Shown in pieces: positions 9,725-17,659 of a DNA stretch of 29,943 bases (the stretch's first letter is position 1; every line of letters begins with the position of its first letter). The notes under the pieces were generated by a model. That model made no database searches, was not told where the DNA came from, and saw only the letters and a program-made list of their open reading frames with translations. The stretch is from a virus (lineage: Duplodnaviria; Caudoviricetes), in the IMG/VR virus record IMGVR_UViG_3300025018_000426, positions 1 to 29,943 of that record; one strand, given 5' to 3'. Both the position numbers and the translations under genes were made by a program.

Positions 9725-10008
9725 TGGTGGGAATAAACGTGACGGGTAGCTCAGTATAAACCAAACTATCGTTCGCTTGCTCCCACCAGCATCCGCAGAC
9801 ACTGGTTAACAAAGTAAAATAAGGACAAAGTCAAAGAATATGCATAAACTCTGACCTCATTATTGTAACATTCAATTTTTTAAATCACAATACCGCCACC
9901 AAATTAAAGTTACAAACTAAGCATAGTCCTTAACATAGACCCACTTATTTCCGCGCAACTTCCATTTGACTTTTAGATAACAGTCAGTTGGTGGATAGTC
10001 TTTTTTAC

Positions 10009-10521
10009 TCATAATTTATACTTATCCGCATCAACTGGTAACACATTCGGTATCACATCTCCCACCTTGTACCTCGGACTCCAGCCCCCTTCCGTATCAT
10101 AAATCAACCAGAGTAACTCCTCATTCAAATTCTCAGACAAGTACTTCTCGCCATGCTTCTTATGCACTAAATGAGTCCCTCGAACCTCCCCGATATTCAA
10201 CCCTATCACATGATAGCCAGCCAACGGATTGATTAGAACCTCCTCCTTCCCACCTTTTATAATCTCCGCCATCTTCGTCGGACTAATAGTTCCATGGAAC
10301 TCGACCATTTTTTCCCATAACGCCTCCTCACTCTCAAACTTACCAATCAACATATTCAGGGAACCATCTCGCTCGCCCCCACTCTCTGTAGCATCACTTT
10401 CGCTAGCGGAATCACCCAGCGCTACTTCCAACAGATACTTAGTCAGGGATTTATCCCCCGCTTTTTTCTCTATAGCCTCCTTTTCTTTCTCTGTAACTCT
10501 TATATTTATGATTTTTTTCAT
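10009..10521 (-). CDS. N-terminal ribbon-helix-helix protein with unknown C-terminal domain
   Basis: MKKIINIRVTEKEKEAIEKKAGDKSLTKYLLEVAL (RHH/MobC-like pattern), then a low-complexity linker. Confidence 0.7.
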   Translation of the reverse strand: MKKIINIRVTEKEKEAIEKKAGDKSLTKYLLEVALGDSASESDATESGGERDGSLNMLIGKFESEEALWEKMVEFHGTISPTKMAEIIKGGKEEVLINPLAGYHVIGLNIGEVRGTHLVHKKHGEKYLSENLNEELLWLIYDTEGGWSPRYKVGDVIPNVLPVDADKYKL

Positions 10522-10526
10522 TTATT

Positions 10527-10620
10527 TGTAAAGCACGTTATGTCTAATGTAAAGCATTATAGCAGGTTGCTTTACGTTTTGTAAAGCAGATTTGTAAAGC
10601 AAGAGGCTTTTTGTAAAGCA
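10527..10620. promoter_or_regulatory. Operator array TGTAAAGCA (5 direct, 1 inverted) over an extended -10 promoter
   Basis: Copies at 10527, 10548, 10580, 10593 and 10612; inverted TGCTTTAC at 10568; TGCTATAAT on minus at 10556-10564. Confidence 0.75.
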
Positions 10621-10846
10621 GATTGTATGTACAAATGGGAGGAAGGTGTAAATTTTTTCTGTTGCCTAACCACAAAAAACAACCCAAACCCCTACCGATG
10701 GTCGCACTTTTAGCTCATTATTTACTATATCACTATATTTCACGCTCCTTGTCAAGATGTTTCACGTCCTACTTGCCTATCAAAATAGCAAAAGCAAAAC
10801 CGCATTTAGTGGCTAACTATAAGGCTATGATAGGCACAGGCTAAAC

Positions 10847-10893
10847 TTATCCACAGGTTATCCACAGGTTATCCACAGGTTTCACATGGAACG
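10847..10893. promoter_or_regulatory. Three tandem perfect DnaA boxes plus a parS-like palindrome
   Basis: TTATCCACA at 10847, 10858 and 10869 (11-bp period), then GGTTTCACATGGAACG at 10878-10893. Confidence 0.75.
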
Positions 10894-11316
10894 TGGGTTT
10901 TGTATGGCTAACCAAAAAGTACATACAACCAACCCCAAAAAAGAACGAAGACAAATATATTTATTAAGATTATATGTATCTATGTGTTTGTCTGTATTTA
11001 GCGGCGGGGCTGATAGCAACCAATGAATACAAGGTTATTAGTGCATGCAATAGTTTCTGTATATGTATGTAATAAGAGTGTTATGTAAATCTAGCGCGCG
11101 GACTGGCTAGGATACTAACCTATAATATAAATATTATATCTTTATATACGACTAGCACCGCTAGCTAGTGCTTTATCACGTCATAGTGCTAGTAACTGGC
11201 TAGTTTCGCGGCGAAATTTGACGTTATAGTTATCCCCATGTGTAACTATATAATGTAGTTGCATTATGCAATTAGATAATGTACTATAATTAGTATAGTA
11301 GTAAGTAATAAAAAAT

Positions 11317-11598
11317 ATGCAAAAAATCACACAGTTACCATATAACGCGACTACCAGCATGGCCTACCGAGGGAGTAACGTGGCCGAACTTATGACGCGG
11401 GGATATGGATCACCCGAGTGGGCTACATTCCTACAATGGCGCGAAGCGGGGTACAAAGTAAAGAAAGGTGAGAAAGGGACGCACTGTTTGCACTTTGGTA
11501 AGACAACCAAAAAAGACACGCAAACAGGTAAAACTAAAGTTACGGGGTATATGAAAGGATTTGTAGTATTCAATCGCGAGCAGGTAGAAAAGGCGTAA
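11317..11598 (+). CDS. ArdC-like N-terminal ssDNA-binding domain (DUF1738-type), stand-alone
   Basis: PYNATT..YRGSN, WATFLQW..GYKVKKGEKG, GFVVFNREQVE. Confidence 0.85.
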   Translation: MQKITQLPYNATTSMAYRGSNVAELMTRGYGSPEWATFLQWREAGYKVKKGEKGTHCLHFGKTTKKDTQTGKTKVTGYMKGFVVFNREQVEKA

Positions 11599-11748
11599 CA
11601 GGTGGCGGGACTGTACACAATAAAGTCCCGCAACGTGCTACGGCACTATATAAGAATAATTAGAAAAATATGTTATACAAAAAGACAAAAAACGGTTTTT
11701 TAATAACCGTGAAGCAGTATGCATAAATATAATGAGTTTCGCCGCGAA

Positions 11749-11892
11749 ATGAAGCGGCGCAAGTATCGCCACCACTACAGAAAAATAGCGCGAGGTATTG
11801 GCTATGGTGTGTTGATGGTGGCTATCACGTTCGCATTGTGGACGTTTATAGTGTTGTACACATTGACGCTTGCAAGTGATATTGCAGTGTGA
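11749..11892 (+). CDS. Small membrane protein (47 aa)
   Basis: MKRRKYRHHYRKIARGIGYGVLMVAITFALWTFIVLYTLTLASDIAV*: basic N-terminus plus one TM helix. Confidence 0.5.
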   Translation: MKRRKYRHHYRKIARGIGYGVLMVAITFALWTFIVLYTLTLASDIAV

Positions 11893-11924
11893 TATTGCAG
11901 TGTGATATTGCAGTGTGATAGTAT
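11876..11924 (+). repeat. 13-bp tandem repeat GTGATATTGCAGT x3.5 ending in an extended -10
   Basis: Units at 11876, 11889 and 11902, partial at 11915; TGATAGTAT at 11916-11924. Confidence 0.85.
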
Positions 11925-11954
11925 AGAATGAAGTTAAAAGATAATTAAAAAAAT

Positions 11955-12158
11955 ATGCACACAATTGAAAACAATCCAGTACTAAAAGAAATACTAGCGG
12001 ATAGTTACGGCGCAAAACGCAACTTTAGTGTTCAAGTACTCAAAAACGAGCGAGGAGAAGTGACAGGACATTATGCGAGTGAGTACAGGGATTGCGGAAA
12101 CGGCGCATACTATATCTTAATGTCACCCAAACAAGCATTATACGCTGAACATGACTAA
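11955..12158 (+). CDS. Hypothetical early protein (67 aa)
   Basis: ORF track; AT-rich leader; phage-like YSSEY/GCGNG-type segment (YASEYRDCGNGAYY). Confidence 0.65.
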   Translation: MHTIENNPVLKEILADSYGAKRNFSVQVLKNERGEVTGHYASEYRDCGNGAYYILMSPKQALYAEHD

Positions 12159-12256
12159 CAATAAATAATATGAAGACGGCGTACGGCCTAAGATGGTAGG
12201 GAAGACAATCAATGTATTGAAGCAAAGAGGGCAATTACAAATTAAGGTTATTAAAT

Positions 12257-12496
12257 ATGAAAACAAAAGTTAAAAAAGTCTACGTGATACAGGATAGCAT
12301 TGGACTACTGCACGTAATTGACGGCGACAAGTTTCGCCGCGAAAGTGGAACAGAAGTATGGATCGACTGGGCTACTAGTGGAATGTTTGCGGAACGACTA
12401 GCCGTTGACACTGGACACTTAAGAGAAGTATTAGAAGAAATGGGGGTTAAAGAGTTTTATTTTCAGAGTGCAAAACATAACATAAAAGAATTATGA
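12257..12496 (+). CDS. Hypothetical early protein (79 aa)
   Basis: ORF track; coupled to the next ORF. Confidence 0.65.
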   Translation: MKTKVKKVYVIQDSIGLLHVIDGDKFRRESGTEVWIDWATSGMFAERLAVDTGHLREVLEEMGVKEFYFQSAKHNIKEL

Positions 12497-12633
12497 ACGA
12501 AATAGCATACTTGTTTGGACTGATGATCGGGGCAATCGTGCGTTATTGGTGGGTGTGGGTACTGATTGGGCTAATATTTCCACCATTCTTAATGATCGGA
12601 CTTATTGCATTATTATTTAAGATTGTCACCTGA
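12493..12633 (+). CDS. Small hydrophobic membrane protein (46 aa)
   Basis: MNEIAYLFGLMIGAIVRYWWVWVLIGLIFPPFLMIGLIALLFKIVT*; ATGA overlap. Confidence 0.6.
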   Translation: MNEIAYLFGLMIGAIVRYWWVWVLIGLIFPPFLMIGLIALLFKIVT

Positions 12634-12685
12634 ATACATATAATATACAATATGAATTGAAGTTATAAAAAATAATAATAAAAAT

Positions 12686-12850
12686 ATGAAAGAATTAAAT
12701 AAATACCAAGTAATTATTTCCACTGTAGCAGGTCCAACAAAGGGATTTGTTGAAGCCGAAAGCGTGAAAGAAGTGGTCGATTTTATTAGACAAGAGTACC
12801 CTAACTTTGAAATTGAAAGTATTGTTAAAGAGTACACGAATAAGTTATAA
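12686..12850 (+). CDS. Hypothetical protein (54 aa)
   Basis: MKELNKYQVIISTVAGPTKGFVEAESVKEVVDFIRQEYPNF...; AT-rich leader. Confidence 0.6.
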   Translation: MKELNKYQVIISTVAGPTKGFVEAESVKEVVDFIRQEYPNFEIESIVKEYTNKL

Positions 12851-12852
12851 AC

Positions 12853-13032
12853 ATGAAAAGAAAAGAAGTCTTACTGATTAAAACCATGCGAAATGAGGGC
12901 AAGACCAACGATGAGATTGCCAAACACTTTGACTGCTCACCTATCACAATCACAAGGTGGGTAAAAAGATTGCGTGAAGCAGGGCATGAGGTAAAACGAT
13001 TTAAGAGGGGTCGAACAAAATTAGAACTGTAA
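12853..13032 (+). CDS. Helix-turn-helix protein (59 aa)
   Basis: RNEGKTNDEIAKHFDCSPITITRWVKRLR; not in the ORF track. Confidence 0.8.
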   Translation: MKRKEVLLIKTMRNEGKTNDEIAKHFDCSPITITRWVKRLREAGHEVKRFKRGRTKLEL

Positions 13033-13045
13033 CAATTATAAAAAT

Positions 13046-14065
13046 ATGCAAAATACAAATTGGTCGTTCACTCAAGTTTGGAACAAAGCTATTGAATTGC
13101 CACAAGATCGTGAACTAGTGAAACGTGACTATTTATGGGCAAGTGAACTAGGCAAGCCGTTAGCTGATGTATGGCTCAAGATGAACGCTGAACCAGAAAC
13201 TAACCCACCAAATGCTCGTTCATTGCGAAAGTTTGAAGCAGGGAACCTTTGGGAGTGGGTAGTAAAAATTATCTTAATCAGAGCTGGCATACTACACAGC
13301 AGTCAAGAGCGAGTAGAGTCAAATTACGAGGGACTGCTACGAGTAAGTGGCAAGATTGACTTCATTGCTGGTGGTAAGGTTGATGTCGAGGGGGCTATGG
13401 GATCTTTAAAAGCAATGGAACTACCAGAAAAAACTGAAAATGCCGCCAAACAGATCCTCGATTACCTTGTTGCTACCTACCCAGACGGTCTAGATAAGAA
13501 AGTAATAGAGCTTAAATCCATTAGCTCGCACATGATGAACGCCCTAGAGATAACCGAACGGCCGTTAGCTATCCACCGCTTGCAAGCCTACCATTACACC
13601 AAGCACCCCGATATTGAGCGAGCTGATATTCTGTACTTATGTCGTGATGACTTGCGAATGGTCGAGTTTCCAGTATTGGCTGACACGCCAAAAATTGAAG
13701 ACGAATACCGAGGATATATTGAAAGGGCAACAAAGGCATACCAAAACCCAGAACGCCCAGAAGTTGCTCCAGCAGTCATCTTTGATGAGGATATGGGTAA
13801 GTTTAGCGTAAACAGGCCATTAGGATGGTCATCGTATCTATTCTTACTCACAGGACTAGAGAACCAAGCTGAGTTTGATAACAAATACGGTAAAATACCT
13901 GCTAGTTGGAATCGAGTTTTAACCAGAATAAAAAATAAACAGCCAATGACGAAGAACAACGAAGAAAAGATTGTAGAAATGAAAGAGTGGGGCTATGACG
14001 CAAATGAATTAGCATCGAGGTTAGTGGTAACTGAGGAAGAAGACGAAAATGGATCTGATACTTAG
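13046..14065 (+). CDS. PD-(D/E)xK (Cas4/RecB-like) exonuclease
   Basis: WASELG, SGKIDF, VIELKS, HRLQAYHY motifs; no Fe-S cysteines. Confidence 0.7.
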   Translation: MQNTNWSFTQVWNKAIELPQDRELVKRDYLWASELGKPLADVWLKMNAEPETNPPNARSLRKFEAGNLWEWVVKIILIRAGILHSSQERVESNYEGLLRVSGKIDFIAGGKVDVEGAMGSLKAMELPEKTENAAKQILDYLVATYPDGLDKKVIELKSISSHMMNALEITERPLAIHRLQAYHYTKHPDIERADILYLCRDDLRMVEFPVLADTPKIEDEYRGYIERATKAYQNPERPEVAPAVIFDEDMGKFSVNRPLGWSSYLFLLTGLENQAEFDNKYGKIPASWNRVLTRIKNKQPMTKNNEEKIVEMKEWGYDANELASRLVVTEEEDENGSDT

Positions 14066-14145
14066 TATACTAGAAGCTATATTACAAACGAACACCCCAC
14101 GTTCAAAACCAAGACGCATTAAAAGACGTAAACTAAACAAATAAT

Positions 14146-14799
14146 ATGACAAATCAACGAGACTTAATGAACAAAGCTAGTGAAGAATATGGCGTCGGAG
14201 GCAACAGTGATTTTTTCACCTTTGATAAAAGTGGAAATTACAAATTACGATTATTAACCCCTGCTTATCCGATTGCGACTCACTTTTTTGGTAAAGGAGT
14301 ACCAGCCAAAGTATGTTATGGAGCTGAAAAGGGTTGTCCATTCCACGGTGACAACGCACCCAAAAACGATGAGGGTAGCGAGGCAAAACCATCAGTGAAG
14401 TTTATTGCCTACGCTATTGACCGAACTGACAACAAAATAAAACTAGCTGAATTACCATGGTCTGTAGTCAGTCAAGTAACTACTTATCAAGAAGACGAGG
14501 ACTATGCCTTTGAGGAATTTCCAATGCCCTACGACATTAAAGTAACAGTCGATAAGGAAGCATCGGCAGCTAATATCTACAAAACATTGCCAGCCCAAAG
14601 CCGAAGTGAAATTGAACCAGAACTATTAGCTGAGTTTGAGAAGAAAAACAAAGACCGCAGTCCAGAGGTATATATTGAACAGCGTAAAGACAAGCAACGA
14701 ACTAAAGACGGTAACAATGAACCATTAAAAACCGTAGTTAACACACAAGGATATGAATACCCAGTTGAAGAAATCACCCCAGAAGACAACCCATTTTAG
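14146..14799 (+). CDS. Single-stranded DNA-binding protein (gp32-like OB fold)
   Basis: FFTF...KLRLL, H..C..CP.H, PYDIKVT, acidic tail EEITPEDNPF; follows the nuclease. Confidence 0.7.
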   Translation: MTNQRDLMNKASEEYGVGGNSDFFTFDKSGNYKLRLLTPAYPIATHFFGKGVPAKVCYGAEKGCPFHGDNAPKNDEGSEAKPSVKFIAYAIDRTDNKIKLAELPWSVVSQVTTYQEDEDYAFEEFPMPYDIKVTVDKEASAANIYKTLPAQSRSEIEPELLAEFEKKNKDRSPEVYIEQRKDKQRTKDGNNEPLKTVVNTQGYEYPVEEITPEDNPF

Positions 14800-14920
14800 T
14801 TACAAATGCGAAGATTGTGCTGATACGGGCGAGATTATTTATGACACTTGCGACTACAAAGGAGAGCATGTACAGAATATTTTACTATGTACATGTACAA
14901 AATTAACCAGTTTTTTATGA
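14753..14920 (+). CDS. Small zinc-ribbon protein (55 aa)
   Basis: YKCEDCADTG...LLCTC; TGA overlaps the AAA+ ATG; not in the ORF track. Confidence 0.55.
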   Translation: MNTQLKKSPQKTTHFSYKCEDCADTGEIIYDTCDYKGEHVQNILLCTCTKLTSFL

Positions 14921-15669
14921 AAACGCCAAAATTACTCATTGGAGCACCGGGTACGGGTAAAACTGCCAGCGTTCGAGCAAAATTTGAACACACCGAAGTT
15001 TTACTGCTATCATCATGTACTGAGGAAGATATCGCCGGACTCCCTTACCGAGAAGGAAACAAAGAGCGCCGCACTATGCCCCTGTTTATAGAAAATATAA
15101 ATAAAGCTGTTAAGAAAGGAAAAAAAACTTGTCTTTTCCTTGACGAATTAGACAAAGCTAGAAGAGAAGTTGTGGATACTTTATTGACACTAATAACTCA
15201 TCCGACCAATTTTGGTATCCCAGAAAGTGTAGAGATTATAGCGGCAGCCAACCCGCCAGAATGGGGTGGTGGTGACGGTATCAGTCAACCAATGCTAACA
15301 AGATTTTGTGTTATCCCATTTTCGCCAGACGTTAATGAATGGGTAAAATTGACCAATAAACTGTTTAGCGATCTAACAGTGACAAAAAAATTAACAGAAC
15401 GCATCTCAAGCGGTGAATTACCACTAATGGAGCACGTCGGAGAAGACCTTGAGTTTCGTCTAACTTGCCCTCGAACACTGCATTTAGCACTTACAGCTAT
15501 AAGAGAAGGAGAACCCGAAGTCATCTTTGGATTATTAACTCCTAATACAGCCAGCGCAATATTAGCCTTTATAGATGAAGATAAAGATGAAGAAAGTCGG
15601 ATTGACGAAACTCAGCGGATTGCGAGAAATGTCAGCAAAAATAAAATTAAAAAAATAATAAGAATATAA
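14917..15669 (+). CDS. MoxR-like AAA+ ATPase
   Basis: GAPGTGKT, DIAGLP, LFLDELDKA, AAANP, PMLTRF, CPRT; ATG start at 14917. Confidence 0.88.
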   Translation: MKTPKLLIGAPGTGKTASVRAKFEHTEVLLLSSCTEEDIAGLPYREGNKERRTMPLFIENINKAVKKGKKTCLFLDELDKARREVVDTLLTLITHPTNFGIPESVEIIAAANPPEWGGGDGISQPMLTRFCVIPFSPDVNEWVKLTNKLFSDLTVTKKLTERISSGELPLMEHVGEDLEFRLTCPRTLHLALTAIREGEPEVIFGLLTPNTASAILAFIDEDKDEESRIDETQRIARNVSKNKIKKIIRI

Positions 15670-15671
15670 TT

Positions 15672-15956
15672 ATGAAAAATAATAATTGGAAGATATTTTG
15701 TTTAACTAATGGTTTCTACCTTTTTGGAAATGAAGTAGAAACAGAAGAAGGTTTTATAAAATTTATTGAAGCATCAATGTTTGGCGGTTTTTCAGGCGGG
15801 AAAGGTTTACCAGGCGTTGCTAGAGGAGATAAATCATCAAAAGTCACTCTTGATAGATTTGATGATAAACAAGAAATTACTGCTCCCTTATCATCAGTTG
15901 TTTTTATTGCTGATTCAATAAATCTATATGATTTTAGTGGTACAACTTTAAGGTAA
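15672..15956 (+). CDS. Small beta-rich protein (Sm-like/DUF6948-like)
   Basis: IFCLTNGFYLFG...ASMFGGFSGGKGLPGVARG...TLD pattern recalls phage proteins that precede Gly-Tyr repeat genes; recalled, not searched. Confidence 0.5.
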   Translation: MKNNNWKIFCLTNGFYLFGNEVETEEGFIKFIEASMFGGFSGGKGLPGVARGDKSSKVTLDRFDDKQEITAPLSSVVFIADSINLYDFSGTTLR

Positions 15957-15959
15957 GTC

Positions 15960-17012
15960 ATGAAATTACCAATAAAAAGATTTAATGGGGAAATTCCCGC
16001 AATAGCTTACACAGATTTTGCTTGTGTTTATTTATCTTATCTTTTGTTTGGAGAAACCTTTGATCTAGCCTACAGGCATGAGTGCGGGCATATCTGGTTA
16101 CAGCACAATCACCGCACTAAAATGTTAATGGATTTGGAAGGGAAATCTTTTAACCATAAAATCTGGAATATTGCTACTGACTTGGAAATCGCCAAACATC
16201 TGTATAACCAAGATGATGATCTTATTATCAACAAAATCCGTTCACCACTTAAAGGTGGTATCCAGTATTCCCACACTGAAAAATACCCCGATTATGTGTA
16301 CGCAGAAGATTTTTACCAAGCGTTAAAAGACAAAGCAGAAGAAATTGAGCACAAATGTTGTCATTTAAAAACAGATAAATCCCAGCCGATAGATACAATA
16401 GAACCTGTTGAAGAACTTATTGCTAAAGCCAAAAAATTAAATGATGATCTCGTTAAAACAAAACAACAAGAGGAAACCCAAAAAAAAATAAACTTATTTA
16501 AACCACCTAAACCGTCTTTAACTTCTGAGATAGACAAGCATTTAGGCCGAGCGAAAATTAAAAGAGTATCGTCATATCGACGCCCCAACCGAAGACAGGA
16601 TGATACTAATAATGACTTGATCAAAAAAGGAGCTGTTAATATCTTATTCTCTCCGAGATTAACTCTGTATATAGACCGATCTGGATCGTTTAATCAAGAC
16701 AAGACAAATACGGCCACTTTTCTTATTGAAACTATCCTCAAAAAATATCGTGGAAGAATTAAAAATGAAGTATTATACTTTAATGATACTCTTATTGTAC
16801 AAGACCCCAAAATAGGGCAAGGTGGGACCAATTATCAAGCTGTTATTGATAATATCATTAGAGAAAAAGCCCAGTTGTCAATTATTGTTACTGACGATGA
16901 TGTTTACAATGGTGATATACCGAAAAAATTACCTAACACTATTGTATTTCCTGTTGGTACTCAAAAAACTGATATTGCAAGTAAATTGGGGTTATTAGAA
17001 TGCAATAAATAA
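15960..17012 (+). CDS. HExxH metallopeptidase-like plus VWA domain protein (DUF2201-like)
   Basis: AYTD, RHECGH, WNIATDLEI, MIDAS YIDRSGS, GGTNY, IIVTD. Confidence 0.85.
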   Translation: MKLPIKRFNGEIPAIAYTDFACVYLSYLLFGETFDLAYRHECGHIWLQHNHRTKMLMDLEGKSFNHKIWNIATDLEIAKHLYNQDDDLIINKIRSPLKGGIQYSHTEKYPDYVYAEDFYQALKDKAEEIEHKCCHLKTDKSQPIDTIEPVEELIAKAKKLNDDLVKTKQQEETQKKINLFKPPKPSLTSEIDKHLGRAKIKRVSSYRRPNRRQDDTNNDLIKKGAVNILFSPRLTLYIDRSGSFNQDKTNTATFLIETILKKYRGRIKNEVLYFNDTLIVQDPKIGQGGTNYQAVIDNIIREKAQLSIIVTDDDVYNGDIPKKLPNTIVFPVGTQKTDIASKLGLLECNK

Positions 17013-17329
17013 TAATATGAAATTACCAAATGGGTCTGGGGATGGGTATGGGAATGGGTATGGGCGTGGGTCTGGGTCTGGGTATGGGTCTGGGTATGAG
17101 GATGGATATGGATATGGGTCTGGGTATGGGGATGGGTCTGGGTATGGGGATGGGTCTGGGGATGGGTATGGGAATGGGTCTGGGTATGGGGATGGGTATG
17201 GAGATAGTGAGTATGGGTATGGGGATGGATATGGATATGGGTATGGGGATGGGGATGGGGGTGGGAATGGGTCTGGAAACGAGGATGGTCGATACCCCAG
17301 TAACATAGCGATAATATGAAATTACCAAA
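17012..17329 (+). repeat. 19-bp direct repeat flanking the Gly-X gene
   Basis: ATAATATGAAATTACCAAA at 17012-17030 and 17311-17329. Confidence 0.9.
17017..17319 (+). CDS. Gly-X (X = Y/D/S/N) repeat protein
   Basis: 100 aa with a (GX)n body; AT-rich leader; co-directional with the VWA gene. Confidence 0.7.
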   Translation: MKLPNGSGDGYGNGYGRGSGSGYGSGYEDGYGYGSGYGDGSGYGDGSGDGYGNGSGYGDGYGDSEYGYGDGYGYGYGDGDGGGNGSGNEDGRYPSNIAII

Positions 17330-17413
17330 GGTCTCCTGTACATATAGTTAGTACATAAAAAAAATACTACTCTATACAATAGGGTGTATAATTACAACGA
17401 AAGGAGGTAACCA

Positions 17414-17617
17414 ATGTTTACCTACATCAAAGCTAGTTCTTTGCCAAATCAAGACAGGGTGGTGGACTGCGCCTATGCTCCCTGTGAGGTTCAGGTGGCA
17501 ATCAAAAAAATAGTCGCCTTCGCCTATGTGTCGGAGGGGAACCTGTATGTCGCTGGCTTCTGTTGCCAGACTTGCGCCCTGCACTCCATGAATGTCAACT
17601 ACATGTGGAGAGCGTGA
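17414..17617 (+). CDS. TRASH/FCS-like zinc-finger microprotein 1
   Basis: CAYAPC...FCCQTC; SD AAGGAGGT at 17401. Confidence 0.65.
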   Translation: MFTYIKASSLPNQDRVVDCAYAPCEVQVAIKKIVAFAYVSEGNLYVAGFCCQTCALHSMNVNYMWRA

Positions 17618-17659
17618 TGCGCTGAATTCGTTTCTTACGCAACCTCTGGAGGAAAGCAC

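Noticed and set aside
9725-9788. tRNA or tmRNA (3' end reads CCCACCA)
   Set aside because: No D or T arm and no TTCRA motif; folds as a single hairpin.
9917-10012. 31-aa ORF beginning MSKKDY like the putative TerS
   Set aside because: Codons differ, similarity stops after six residues, and coding support is weak.
10623-10844. 73-aa ORF in the control region
   Set aside because: TTG start inside the operator array, no motif; likely non-coding.
16995-17379. Pro-rich and Met-Gly ORFs over the Gly-X repeat
   Set aside because: Alternative frames of a stop-free 6-bp repeat; only 17017..17319 fits the operon context.
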